From Macrostomum lignano (taxonomy: Eukaryota): DNA of 64,000 nt. The notes beneath the pieces were generated by a model that worked only from the letters and a program-made list of their open reading frames with translations, searched no databases and had not been told where the DNA came from. The stretch covers positions 124,001 to 188,000 of the forward strand of contig NIVC01001482.1 of assembly GCA_002269645.1 (NCBI GenBank), in the 5' to 3' direction. The position numbers and the translations under genes were made by a program. This document shows, in pieces, positions 1 to 14,165 of the stretch (its first letter is position 1; the number at the start of each line of letters is the position of its first letter).

Positions 1-264
1 TTTTCGAGACGCGAGTCCTTAATCATCAATGATAACTTTGTGATAAGTCAAATGTTTTAGGCCCTACCTAGGCGGGGGCTAGGCCCCTACTTTTTGTTTT
101 ATAGTATAGTAAAGGTAAAGGTAAAACCAAGCCATGCCCAAGGCTTCATAGACATAATCATACTCACTACAACTTGCAATTACAACTGCAAGCCCTCTTC
201 TATGTCAATTAAGTTAGTGCTTACTATTTTAGTAGCATAGGACTTATTAAGACTATAAGTATAG

Positions 265-630
265 TTTTTTTTATTAGAGGCAGGGGGGTTGTGTGCACCC
301 TGGCGCAATTTAAGCATCATTGGCACACAACTGGCGAGAGGCATTGCTGCCCATTCCGCCAACTCCCTTGAGCAGGCATACAAGTGCGCGGATACGTTAC
401 GCAGGCACACACTCACTCTCACACAGGAGTGTACAGCGGCCCTAACTTTATCAATTGTTAGGCATGTACATTTCACTGCGCCTTGGGGGGTTGGCTCTCA
501 AGGCCGTTAATTGCACAAGCGAGCCAAGCCAAGATTCCAATCCAGCCCTAAATTAATGTGGCTGCACTTGGAATCGAGCCTGGGTCGTGGCACACCAGAG
601 CAGCTGCGCTACCACTAGGCTACGGCCCCC
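265..630 (-). mobile_element. Full-length tRNA-derived SINE
   Basis: Minus strand starts GGGGCCGTAGCCTAGTGG (A-box-like), has GGCTCGATTCC (B-box-like) and ends in TAATAAAAAAAA (plus-strand T run 265-272). Flanked by a near-perfect 11-bp TSD: TATAAGTATAG (254-264) and TATAAGTGTAG (631-641). Confidence 0.85.
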
Positions 631-656
631 TATAAGTGTAGTAGTGGCGGTAATGG

Positions 657-987
657 CCACTACTAGCAATGGCTAGAGTTCCGGCACCGGAACCCATTTA
701 CTAATGATGGCTATGGATCCGGCAGTCTTCTGCAAGCAGTTATCTACTAATGAAGTCTTGAACATTAGAAGTATCTTGATTTGAATCTTATCGTTTCGTT
801 TTGATCTTATTTTGGACAATAATATCAATAGGCCTATCAACTACCTGTTAATATTAAAAAGAAAAATGTTTCTGCTATATTATACCTATAAATTGCACTA
901 CTGAAATACATGTACATACCACTGCTAGATCCATAGCAATTAGAAAATGGGTTCCGGTGCTGGAACTCTAGCCATTGCTAGTAGTGG
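657..987. mobile_element. MITE-like element with ~65-70 bp terminal inverted repeats
   Basis: CCACTACTAGCAATGGCTAGAGTTCCGGCACCGGAACCCATTT at 657 is mirrored by AAATGGGTTCCGGTGCTGGAACTCTAGCCATTGCTAGTAGTGG ending at 987. Interior is AT-rich and non-coding. No TSD found. Confidence 0.7.
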
Positions 988-1397
988 TATGACCTCTTAA
1001 ACTTTGTCTAACTCGGAATATTCCAACCATTATTCTGACTGATAATGAGGTTAATTACAAGTCAGAATAAGATTTAAAATAATATTTAGAGTCTTGCAGT
1101 GTATTAAATAATCAGTTGAAATAATAGTTGGAATGATATTTTGACTCTTGCAACATATTTGATTATCAGTTGGAATAATAGTCAGAATATTAAGGTGGGG
1201 GGCGGAGAAGATTATTATGGAAATTGTTGGGTTCAAAATTGGGTTTGAACTTGAAAGTTGTCGGTTTGCTGTTGTTGACACTGCAAAATGGCAGTCTTAG
1301 ACTTGAATTGCCGCTTATATTGTCTTAGCACTTGTAAAGCTAGAAAATTGCACAAATTGATGCATTGATTCTTCTCTTTGGATACTCCATTTGCTGG

Positions 1398-1931
1398 GGT
1401 CCATAGTCCGGATCATGGCAGGGTGTATGCCAAACTAAAACTTGATAGATCCACAGTTTGTACGCCAATGTACGCCAATTTTTTTCTGCCTTCCTTAACT
1501 GTATGCCACTTTTACAGGTTAACGAAAAATGGAGCATATCGCAATTTAAATATAGTTATACCTATGTTATATATATCCCTATTATTATTGCAAGCAAGTA
1601 AAATATATATTATGCCTCTAGCAGCAGGTTTTATTAGAATATTAAAATTATTCAATAAAACAATAGATGGGAATATATTTTGTTAAAGTTAATGTATTTC
1701 TAACATAAATTCCATTTTTTAATTATTGTGCAAATTCCTAAAAAAATACCAATGTTTATGTACATTACATATTACATTGCAAGTTGCAACAGCAACAGCA
1801 TGTATGCCACTTATACTAATAGGTAGGGCCCAATTTTTTGGTTATATGCCAATGTATGCCAATAGGGTTAGCAAGGGGTGACTATACGCCAAATTAATTT
1901 GGCGTATAGGCCATGATCTGGACTATGGGCC
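1398..1931. mobile_element. MITE-like element with ~23 bp TIRs
   Basis: GGTCCATAGTCCGGATCATGGC at 1398 versus GCCATGATCTGGACTATGGGCC ending at 1931. TATGCCA/TACGCCA motifs recur near both ends. No clear TSD. Confidence 0.6.
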
Positions 1932-2166
1932 GGGGTCCTCAATTCTAGGGGAGGGTAGTCGTAATTGTAGTCAAGCAGTCTTTTAGTGGCATGGTCATTC
2001 AAAATGGGTTCTCTGACATAGTAAAATTTGTAGTCAGTTGATATGCTTGGTTGGTTACTCTCAGTAGTACAAGGGTTGTCAGAAAAGTTCTGTGTATATT
2101 GTAATAACTTGAGAACAATAAACAGTAGAAATATGAAAAGTTACAAATGTCTTCCTTAACATCTAT

Positions 2167-3935
2167 TCACTCAAAGTATGAGCCCTCAGCTTCAATACAC
2201 TTCTCCCAATGCCGCACCAGCCCGACAATGCCTATAGTCATGCCATTGTTCGTCACGGCAGCAATGCCAGCCTTGTAGGCCTGATTCACGTCTTCCTCTG
2301 TGCTGAAGCGCTGGCCTCGTATCGACTCCTTGATGTGAGGGAAGAGGAAAAAGTCGCATGGACTTAAGTCCAGGGAATAAGGCGGATGCGGAAGAATTTC
2401 CCACCCCCACAACTCGATCGTAGCTAGCACGCTTTGCTTTCAGTGCGGGGCTACGTTGTTGTGAAGCAGAATTGGGCAAGCCGCGTGAAGTGCAGGTCTT
2501 TTGTCCCAAATGGCACGCCAAACTTTTACCAAAACCGACAGGTAGAAATCACCATTGACCATCTGCCCCACTGGCACAGGCTGATCGAACAACAGACCCT
2601 CCCGGTTGAAGAAAGTCACATGCATGACCTTCAGCTGGCCGATGCTCCGGATGGCCTTTTGAGGTCACGGAGAACCTGGCCTGCACCAAGTGGCACTCTG
2701 CCGCTTCAACTCTGCCTCCCAAGAATGCGCCCAGGTTTCGTCGCAGGCAATGATCCTTTGCAAGAATGCCATGCCCTCTCGCCAACACCACTGCAGGTTG
2801 GATGCGCACATGGCGACCCGCTGATTGTCAGTGAGCAGATGCAGCACCCACTTGGCACAGATCTTGCGCATCCCAAGTAGAGCTCGAACGGGATCCCGAT
2901 CCCGATCTCGAATTCTCGGGATCCCAAAGATTTTTTGGGAATTCGGGATCGGGATCCTGAAGGCTTAGAGAACTCAGGATTCGGGAGCACAATAGATTGA
3001 TAATGAAGATGATGCTTTCAACAATCAAGAGCAGTAATCAATACTAAGCTAATTTTTGTAACAGCAACTATAAATATGTTGAAAGTCTGACCTTGAATTC
3101 ACCAAATAAAGCAGCAGATTTTTACTTAGTAACAGATTTGTAAAGAGTTGTACTCGTAAATAGTGAATTAACGAGTATGAGGCTTTTCACGAAGCGATTC
3201 CAGAAACAGAATTTTACAAGAAAAAAGACGAGTATAACTTTGGCCATCAACTTTTTCGTCAACTTTTCCATTAACTTTTCCATTAAGTATTCCGTTAACT
3301 TTTCCATTAACTATTCCATTAAGTATTCCGATAATTTTTAGGCTATACTTTGCAAAAAGGGTCTGGAACAAGAATTGACAATATGAAAAGCCCCTCATGG
3401 GTTTATAGTCAGATAAAACTATCCTTGAATCCTTGATTCATTAGTTAGTAAGTAATATATTCCCAGATCCCAGATTCCCGAATCCCGAATACTAATCCCG
3501 AATCCCGATCCTGAAATTATTTTCAATCCCGATCCCGCCCGATCCCAAAAATTCTGCTCCCGTTCGAGCTCTAATCCCAAGGTCCTCGGTCAGGATCTTG
3601 TGGACTGAGTCGTGGGACATCCCTATGGCATCAGCCAGCTGCCTGGTGGTCAGTCTCCAGTCCTGCAGCATGGCTGCCTCCACCTGACTCATAAGGCTGT
3701 TAGTCCGAGCACTCATTGGTCGTCCACTGCGTGGCTTGTCATCGAGGTCTTCTTTACTGTTGCGAATGGCAATAGCCTAGTGGCGAATCGTCTCATAAGA
3801 TGGGCAAAAGTCTCCTATGGTCTGCCGCATTTCTTCAAAAATCTCGGTTGCAGAATGCCCCTGAAGGACATGAAACTTGATGATCGCTCAACTGTCGCGT
3901 TTAGAAAAACTCTCTTGCGGGACGGAATGCACCAT
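2167..3935 (-). pseudogene. Mariner transposase pseudogene
   Basis: Motifs DDKPRSGRP, WVLHLL (WVPHxL), CDETW, HNNVAPH (HDNARPH with the catalytic D changed to N) and YSLDLSPCDF, with 34 residues between the second and third catalytic positions. In-frame stops at 2667-2665 and 2442-2440, further lesions near the N-terminus, and an insertion at 2878-3573. Confidence 0.95.
2878..3573. mobile_element. hAT-type non-autonomous element nested in the mariner
   Basis: TIRs TAGAGCTCGAACGGGA / TCCCGTTCGAGCTCTA. Perfect 8-bp TSD ATCCCAAG at 2870-2877 and 3574-3581. GGGATC/GATCCC subterminal repeats. Confidence 0.9.
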
Positions 3936-4928
3936 GGGTGTGGTTGAAAAATTACTGCTATTTCGGCTAGAAATGATATGGTGCTCTAAAACTGAAGCTA
4001 GCGACTCTTTATATATGTATATATCTATGGCTAAAACCCCAACTCTTCAGCCATTCATAGAGCTGAGCTATTCTCTAATACATAGAACTTTTCTGACAAC
4101 CCTAGTAAAGTAGTGCTGCCACCACCATAAATTTCATATTATGGAACAATAAGGGTCTCAGAGCTTTCTTTGAGTTGAGACAGATTGGTTATTTTATGCC
4201 TCGCGGGCAAATGACTCAATACAGACTAAAGGCTTTGATTAAGTACAACTGAATACATATTAGATGACTGGTTATTATTAGAGTATTAGATATATTGGTT
4301 GCTGCAAGCAATGCACTAAATTGGATAAATTGTTCTTATTATTATCATTATTATTAACCTTCAAGAGATGAATTCGGCAATGCCAAGGGCAAGCGAAAGA
4401 GATTACTTAAACTTAGTTGGTAAGGTAGATCAAGTCAAACACAAACTAACGTACTAATGTTTAATGAACAAAAGACAGAAAATGGAAACAAAGCAGATCA
4501 CAAAAGAAAAAGGGGGGGGGCAAGTATGAGCAAAAGATTACAAAAACTGCATCTTATATGATTAAATTGGTATAGATAACCCAGGGGATAGGGCAACGGA
4601 TGGGACAAGGGAAAGGACAACGAAACAAAAGGAAAAAAACCGGCCACTGGAAGCAATAAAACAATAGAAGCCACAGGAGAGAACAACAAAAAGAGCAGAC
4701 AAAGGAGCAAGGGTGGGGACAATGGGGGAACAAACCTAGGAACAAACGTTGAAAACATAATGACATCAACCGTTATCCTGGGGAACTTGGTCGTCTGCCT
4801 TGTCCTCGCTAGAGGCTTGCCGTCATTCTCCCCAGTGGTAGACTGACCTACCACAGGCGCGGGGGCACTGGGGCAAATGGCAGCAGACAGCAGACTCTTG
4901 GTCGCTCAGGGGTGGTGGTCTTGCCTCC

Positions 4929-6730
4929 CTAGCCGGCCTCAGCAAGCAGGGGCATTTGGGTTTGTCGGGGGCATGCCACGCGCGCCTGGTGACTCAACTG
5001 AAGCAGCGTGGTTGAGAGACCCTGCCCTAGGGTGGCCATATGGTCGACGTGCAGGCCACCTGGGGCTTGCCTGTGGCGTTTGCAGAGCACCTTGGCTGCC
5101 AGACTGATGGCGCATGCAGCCGTCAACTGGCCAAATGTGCTGGCATAGCCGAACCAGTGTTGGCAGTCGCTCATATGGCGGGCAGTTTGGTCATCTTCAA
5201 GCTCGCCAAGCAGCAGTGCGGCTAGGTGCTGCGCCTGGTCAGGCCTTGGTCCCGTTACGGCCACTCCCGCTGGCGACAGCTGGTTGGATCCACTGGTCCA
5301 GTTGGAAGGTGGGAGCAGTGGCATCATGTGTCGGTTGGGCTCCAGGGCGCAGATGGGCTCCGGCTCTGGAGCAAGCTGCTGCGCACCCATGTTGTCCATC
5401 AGCCCATTCACCCATACATCAGGGCTGTTCGTTGGCACGGCAGGTTCAGGGAGCTCAAAGTCCTCTAATGCTGCCTCATCAATTGGAGCTGCTCTGCCAT
5501 GGGCCTGTCCATGGGGTGCACGACAATTGACTGCCACAATTTGTCTGCCACAATTTGACTGCGGTCAATTTGACTGCCACAATTTGACTGCCGAGCAATT
5601 TGACTGCCGACAAAATGACTGCGAACAAAATGACTGCGGACAAAATGACTGCCAACAATTTGACTGCGAACAAAATGACTGCCAACAAAATGACTGCCAA
5701 CAAAATGACTGCAGAAATTTGACTGCCGACAATATGACTGCGGCAATTTGACTGCCGACAATATGACTGCGGCAATTTGACTGCCGACAATATGACTGCG
5801 GCAATTTGACTGCCAGCAAAATGACTGTGGCAATTTGACTGCCAAGCAATTTGACTGCCAGCGAAATGACTGCCGGAAAAATGATGCTCCTAAAGTTTAG
5901 CACTCTATCAACCCTTTTAAGTCTATGCATGTAGTGAAATATTGTATTTACAAGCTAGAATGATGCAGAACAGAACACAACTTTTATACAACAAGCTGTA
6001 ACAGCTGTTGAAACCTGCGGATTTTGAACAATGGGAAATGGGAATTCCAATCTTAGGAACTATTTTGCATATATTCTAAAATCTGAAGTTAAACTCAAGC
6101 AAAAACTTTTATTATTAGAGTTAAACATAACATAGATTACATTCGTGTAAAATTAAGATTGGAGGCAAACTATTGATATTGTTGGCTGGGGTGCGGCGCA
6201 GAATGTCAGAAAAACTTTGGCCTCTACTTCTGCCTCTCGATCCCTATGTTCCTTGCATCCTTTGAACCTTCTATCTTTTCTTCTGTTTTCTCACTTCTCT
6301 CTCGTAGCTCTTCTCTCTTGTCTCTGCTCTCTCATCTCCCCTCTCTCATCTGTCATCTTACTCTCTTATACTGGTATGTTCTCTCCTCTCTCCTCTGTAC
6401 TCTTCTCTTTCCCCTCTTTTGACTCCTCTCTTTCCTTAGTCCTCTTCTTTTCCCTCTTCTATACTCTCTCCCCTTTATTCACTTCTCTCGTCTCTCTGCA
6501 CTCTGCTCTCTCCGCCTTCATCTCTCATCTCTCTCTCCTCTTTTGCATAACGAGAATGCGCCTAGCAAGTTTTTCAAATTCATTCGTCAATATAAAGCTG
6601 TACACAACTAGGCTAGGCTTTTGGTTTTGGTGTTTGGGGTTGCCACAGGTTTGGAGTCAAATAATAAAAGGAGAGGGTGATCAGTAGAGCCCACAAGTTT
6701 AGGTGGCAAGAAAACTCATAAAACTCCATT

Positions 6731-6762
<32 letters not shown>

Positions 6763-7217
6763 AGGGGAACATTGAGGGACTGGGGGAGAGAGGAGGAGGA
6801 GTGGCCTCTTGTTTTCTATATTGTTGGCAGTCAAATTGCCACAGTCATTTTGCTGGCAGTAGTCAAATTGCTGCAGTCATATTGTCGGCAGTCAAATTGC
6901 CTCAGTCATATTGTTGGCAGTCAAATTTCCGCAATCATTTTGTTGGCAGTCATTTTGTTGGCAGTCATTTTGTCAGCAGTCATTTTGTCCACAGTCATTT
7001 TGTTTGCAGTCATTTTGTCGGCAGTCAAATTGCTCAGCAGTCAAATTGTCCATAGTCAAATTGACCGCAGTCAAATTGTGGCAGTCAAATTGTAGCAGTC
7101 AATTGTCGTAGACCCCTGTCCATGGCCGCAATCGTTTAGTTGCGCGAAGGCCATGCAGATTTCTTGACTAATCGGCGATTTGTCATCTCGCCCTTGCATG
7201 GGGTCATCAAAGTTCAT
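4929..7217 (-). pseudogene. Unknown GC-rich coding segment interrupted by a transposon (reconstructed 225-aa ORF)
   Basis: Joining 7217-7116 to 5504-4929 (element and one TSD copy removed) gives an uninterrupted frame MNFDDPMQGRDDKSPISQEICMAFAQLNDCGHGQ|AHGRAAPIDEAALEDFELPEP...PLLAEAG*. No domain recognised. Confidence 0.55.
5514..7115. mobile_element. Foldback/MULE-like non-autonomous element with long modular TIRs
   Basis: Ends GGGTGCACGACAATTGACTGCC and GCAGTCAATTGTCGTAGACCC. Arms (~5514-5890 and ~6820-7115) are inverted tandem ~15-bp (CAA/AAA)TTTGACTGC units. Direct repeat CTGTCCATG at 5505-5513 and 7116-7124 (9 bp; 7 or 11 bp are alternative registers). Interior has CT/GA low-complexity tracts. 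Confidence 0.85.
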
Positions 7218-9255
7218 ATTGCAGCTTTATAATATTTTGATAGTATTGACAATGTCAATATACAATTTGGGTATTGGAATATTAGACCTCAATACTAGTT
7301 TTAGTAGTATTGGATTGGATCATAGTATTGTACAATATTTTCAATTCCAATATTCCCATATGTAGTCCAATACTTTCTTATAAAAAAATATTTTTTGCAA
7401 TCTTTTAGATGACAATCACCAAGTACAATAACAATCACTTTGAAAATTGTTTAAAATAAATAAAGCTTGGTTCAAATTCTTAGAACAATGCTTAAGGAAT
7501 TTTTCTAAAGATAGAAGATTCTAACTTTCATAGAACACATGATTCTAGCACTTTCTATTCATCAGCACCTTGTATATTATATCCATTTTAGATAACAATT
7601 TTTAAATACAAAAATTACCTAAATTGATTATATTCAAAAGCTATAGCACTTCTTGTCAATATAGCTTTTAAGGTCAAGCAGTCATGGAACCTTCTATTTT
7701 TATAAATAAGCACCTTGTATACTAATTCAGTTTTGGAAGACAAAAATTGAAATACAAAATTACCTTAAAATGATCTCGTGTTCCAAGAGACAAAACTATA
7801 GCACTTCTTATTTTTAATACAACAAACATTTTAATGCTAATTTTATATACAAATAATCATTAGCTAAAAGCACTATTTATATTTGCAGTATACTAATTGT
7901 TTGCTAGGAGAGTGGAAAAATGATAAAAGGTTACTTTTTCTTATGGAGTTTTGGAATGCAATCTTCCTAGCATAAAAGTTTTATAAAAATGATTGCCTTA
8001 TAAAACTGAATATATACAGGCTGACTGTTTAAATGACTGTTTAGACTCCTTCATTAACTTATATAAAAATTGTGGTTTTTTCAATTTGAACAAAGAGCAG
8101 ATACAAACTTCAATGATGATTATCAAAGTTGGTTAGCATCTGCGTATAAACATATTCTGTTGTGTTATGCCTTTTGATCTTGAAATTTTTATTTATATCA
8201 TATTGTATGTCTCTTCTTTACAGTTCTATATAGAACTACAAACTAAAGTATACTATAAAAATTGATCCTAAGTCCCAAATCTTAATCTTGATCCTAAAGC
8301 CCAAACCCAAGAAAAAAACTATTCCTGGATCCTAATCTTTCCCAATATAAATGACTTCACTCCTATTCAATCTTTATTTAATTAGTTCATGCCAAAAATA
8401 CAGTATGAATGATATCTTCCAAATTATAGGCTAGAAATGGAAAAAAATGGAAACAATTAGAATTGAGATTAAATACTAAGGCTTTTAGAGGCTTTTAGGC
8501 TTTAAGACTTAGGAAAAGCAATTAATTAAAAATCTAATTTATGGACCTTGAATGATTCCTACAAACAAGAGAGAGACTAACAATCTGATACATTTTATAT
8601 ACTTAATTTCATGATAAATTTGATTCTTTCAAATTTGGAAAGGTAGTGTTGGAATTTGGTCTAGGTACATTTATTTCACTTGATACATTTTGATACAAGT
8701 TAAATTATTGCAATTCATGGCTTCATCAAAGCATTCACCTGTGGCAGGTTTTTTTCAAGAAAATTGCAACAACGAACAACTTGCAATAAATGTGGCAAGG
8801 AATTTAAATATAACTATTTGAATTTATAAAACTTTTTATCTTCAGAAATTATTTTTTTATCACTACTCCTTTAAATACGAGCGTATATTCTAACTATAAA
8901 TTGAAAAAAAATTGATCTTGATGCTCCATGTTTATATGTGGTATATGACCTTATTAGGGATATTTTAATATATTTTTATCAATAATTCGCAAGAATATAT
9001 TATATAGATTACTACAAGTAAGATCTAAAAGTAAGAAACCATACCATAGGGCATACTTTAAGGCTTGGTAACATTGGTTGATAGACTTTTAACCTACTGT
9101 CTCTAAGGTGGCACTACACTATCATTGTGCTTTTTACAGTGTCAACATCCTATTCTTGCATGAAAGCCTGCAATGTAGCATACCTTTCAATCAAGTTGCT
9201 ATTTTTCTGAAAGAAAGAAAACTTTTGCTGCACTGCTTACTAATAGTAGCTATAA

Positions 9256-10740
<1,485 letters not shown>

Positions 10741-11424
10741 GCTGAACATTGAAATAAATATACACTAATTGCAAGTTTTGAGCGGTTTTTTATAGTTTTG
10801 CTTCCTTTTTCTGTGCTAAAATTACTGCCATGTTGGAATACCAGTCTATTATTTGCTGAAAGTTAGGTAATTTTTTAGCATTTCTTATCTTTATTGTGTC
10901 TTAAAGTCAGTTGAATTTATTCTGTCATTAAGTTTTAGATATTTTACTAGTACGCTCGTACCTATTGGTCATTTCACAGCTTCTAGAGTGTGTTTTTGGT
11001 TGGCTTGCGACTTGCCAAGAAGATAGGGTGGTCAAATAATAGTTCCTAATCGGTAAGCAAACCACTTTGATGGATTAGCCATGTCTAATAATGTCTGAAT
11101 TTTATATTATGTTCCTGTCTGAATGATTTTGTGGACGGAAATTTTAATTAGAATGTCGATGCTTTAAGTCCTAAATGACATGCAATTATTATTATTTGAC
11201 GTTAATTGATCATAACAGTTTATTTTTCAAAGTCGAAGCATTTTCAGTAAACTAGACCAATGATAGGGTGATTGTGCCTGTATTTTTGTTTCTAATGTAT
11301 TGTTAATTTAATGTTTTACTTATTGCATTGAGACCAGTAAGTATTCCGTTTAGTTAATCAATTGCCAAGTGCGTTTCTTTTTTGTCTAATTGCCTTGAGC
11401 TAATAAAACAAAATATTGCTTCCA

Positions 11425-11789
11425 GCCGTCACTCCTCGGGAAGGGGGTAAGGAAATCAGCCACCTCACTCCTCGGGGAGGGGGTAAGGAAATCAGCCACC
11501 TCATTCCTCGGGAAGGGGGGGTAAGGAAACCAGCCATCTCACTCCTCGTGGAGGGGGGTAAGAAAATCAGCCACCTCAATCCTCGTGGAGGAGGTAAGGA
11601 AATCAGCCACCTCACTCCTCGGGAAGGGGGGTAAGGAAATCAGCCACCTCACTCCTCGTGGAGGGGGTAAGGAAATCAGCCACCTCACTCCTCGGGAAGG
11701 GGGGTAAGGAGATCAGCCACCTCACTCCTCGTGGAGGGGGTAAGAAAATCAGCCACCTCACTCCTCGGGAAGGGGGGGGGTAAGGAAAC
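11425..11789. repeat. ~36-38 bp minisatellite
   Basis: Unit CAGCCACCTCACTCCTCGGGAAGGGGGTAAGGAAAT with a variable G run. Confidence 0.95.
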
Positions 11790-12382
11790 CAATTTATGTG
11801 CTCCTTACTCATTTATGCGTGGAAATTAAGTCAATATTTGCAATCTATTATTTAAGCATAGCCGGTGACAGCAGCAATCGCCTTTGTTATTTTGCATCTA
11901 TTCAGTTAAAAATGTATGCGGCATAAATATATAAGTGTCAGTTTAATTAAACTTGTGCTAAGAACAGATCTTATTGCAATCGATGCACGAGAAGTATTGC
12001 TTCTCTAGCTAGTAGCCTAACAAGTAAGAATAGCCAGCATGAGTTACTCAGTTCTTCAACCAGACATTAAATACTCGTATTATAATAGTCGGTTATCTAC
12101 CATAAAATGAGGATTCAGCTTTTATATATGCAATAGTAATGAAAAGTTGGCGTTTGATTTTTACATGCATACCTAGAGTTTTACTAAACCAAATTTGAGT
12201 CAGCACTTATGTCTACAAAAAAATTATTTTCGACTGCATACTAGCTACTAGAAGTAGACAGATACGGCATTGCACTTGCATGTGCGAGAACGCTGAAGTA
12301 TTCAGAGCGCACTCAAAGACTATTTGTAGGGGTATTCAGAACATTTTCGGATTTTCAAAAGGGGTGTTCGGAAAACACCCCA

Positions 12383-12600
12383 GGAATAGCAGAGGGGGTA
12401 TTCAGAACACACTCTAGGATTAGCAGAAAGGGTATTCAGAACACACTCTAGGACTAGCAGAAGGAGTATTCAGAACACACTCTAGGACTAGCAGAAGGAG
12501 TATTCAGAACACACTCTAGGACTAGCAGAAGGAGTATTCAGAACACACTCTAGGACTAGCGGAAGGAGTATTCAGAACATCATGTACTCAAGGGAGTAGC
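12383..12600. repeat. 34-bp minisatellite
   Basis: Unit GGAGTATTCAGAACACACTCTAGGACTAGCAGAA. Confidence 0.9.
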
Positions 12601-13039
12601 AGAAGGGGAAGCCACTGAAAGCTAGAACTTTCTCATCCCCTGATTTCTCACCAAAACCAGGCCAACAGAGAAGCCGATAGCAACAACGGCAGGCAGGCCG
12701 GTGGTTTCGCTGAGAGCCGCGGTGTCTGAACTACTAATAGTAGTAGTGGCGTGTGGTTGAGCGTACAAGCAGCTCGGAGGCACCGGCAACGAGTAGCGAC
12801 TGTAATCCGCTTAGCCGTCCTTTACTCCGCAGCAGTTGAGCTGAGGATAGTATTGTTGTACTGTTTTAGTAATAATACTTTTCAACTTCTACGAGATGCT
12901 AAACTATAAAAATCTATAGACAAACTTGCGGTGCCCTTGCTGGGATTTTTATTAGGGGTGGGGGGGGGCGACAGCGATGAGTACCAGTACGGAGATGCTA
13001 CCGTGGAGGTGTCATCTTGGGGCGCCATCGTAAGTGGCG

Positions 13040-14165
13040 CCAGCACTAAGGGACATCCGCGGCATCAAGGGGCCTTATCTCAAGGACACCAGCACCAAGG
13101 GGACACCACCACCAAGGGACATCGGCATCAAGGGGCCTTATCTCGAGGACACCAGCACCAAGGAACACCAGCACCTAGGAGACACCACTGCAGCACCAAG
13201 GGGACACCAGCACTAAGGAGACACCAGCACTAAGGGGACACCAGCACCTAGGAGACACCACTGCAGCACCAAGGGGACACCAGCACTAAGGAGACACCAG
13301 CACTAAGGAGACACCAGCACTAAGGAGACACCAGCACCAAGGAGACACCAGCACTAAGGGGACACCAGCACTAAGGAGACACCAGCACCAAGGAGACACC
13401 AGCACTAAGGAGACACCAGCACTAAGGAGACACCAGCACTAAGGGACATCGGCATCAAGGGGCCTTATCTCGAGGACACCAGCACCAAGGAACACCAGCA
13501 CCTAGGAGACACCACTGCAGCACCAAGGGGACACCAGCACTAAGGAGACACCAGCACTAAGGGGACACCAGCACTAAGGAGACACCAGCACTAAGGAGAC
13601 ACCAGCACTAAGGAGACACCAGCACTAAGGAGACACCAGCACTAAGGGGACACCAGCACTAAGGAGACACCAGCACCAAGGAGACACCAGCACTAAGGAG
13701 ACACCAGCACTAAGGAGACACCAGCACCAAGGAGACACCAGCACTAAGGAGACACCAGCACTAAGGAGACACCAGCACCAAGGAGACACCAGCACCAAGG
13801 AGACACCAGCACTAAGGGGACACCAGCACTAAGGAGACACCAGCACCAAGGAGACACCAGCACCAAGGAGACACCAGCACTAAGGAGACACCAGCACTAA
13901 GGAGACACCAGCACCAAGGAGACACCAGCACCTAGGGGACACCAGCACCAAGGAGACACCAGCACCTAGGGGACACCAGCACCAAGGAGACACCAGCACC
14001 TAGGGGACACCAGCACCAAGGAGACACCAGCACCTAGGGGACACCAGCACTAAGGGGACACCAGCACTAAGGGGACACCAGCACTAAAGGGACACCAGCA
14101 CCAAGAAGACACCAGCACCAAGAAGACACCAGCACCTAGGGGACACCAGCACTAAGGGGACACTA
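13040..14165. repeat. 17-bp minisatellite in tetraspanin intron
   Basis: Unit GGAGACACCAGCACTAA. A longer block near 13114 recurs at 13441. Confidence 0.95.

Larger units (their letters stand above)
2070..4105 (-). mobile_element. Mariner (Tc1/mariner, D,D34D) transposon, defective
   Basis: TIRs CAAGGGTTGTCAGAAAAGTTCTGTGTAT / ATACATAGAACTTTTCTGACAACCCTAG, with TA on both flanks (2068-2069, 4106-4107). Length is about 1.33 kb after removing the nested insertion. Confidence 0.95.

Noticed and set aside
551-630. tRNA gene
   Set aside because: The anticodon and acceptor stems do not pair well, and the sequence continues into a SINE body, A-tail and TSD.
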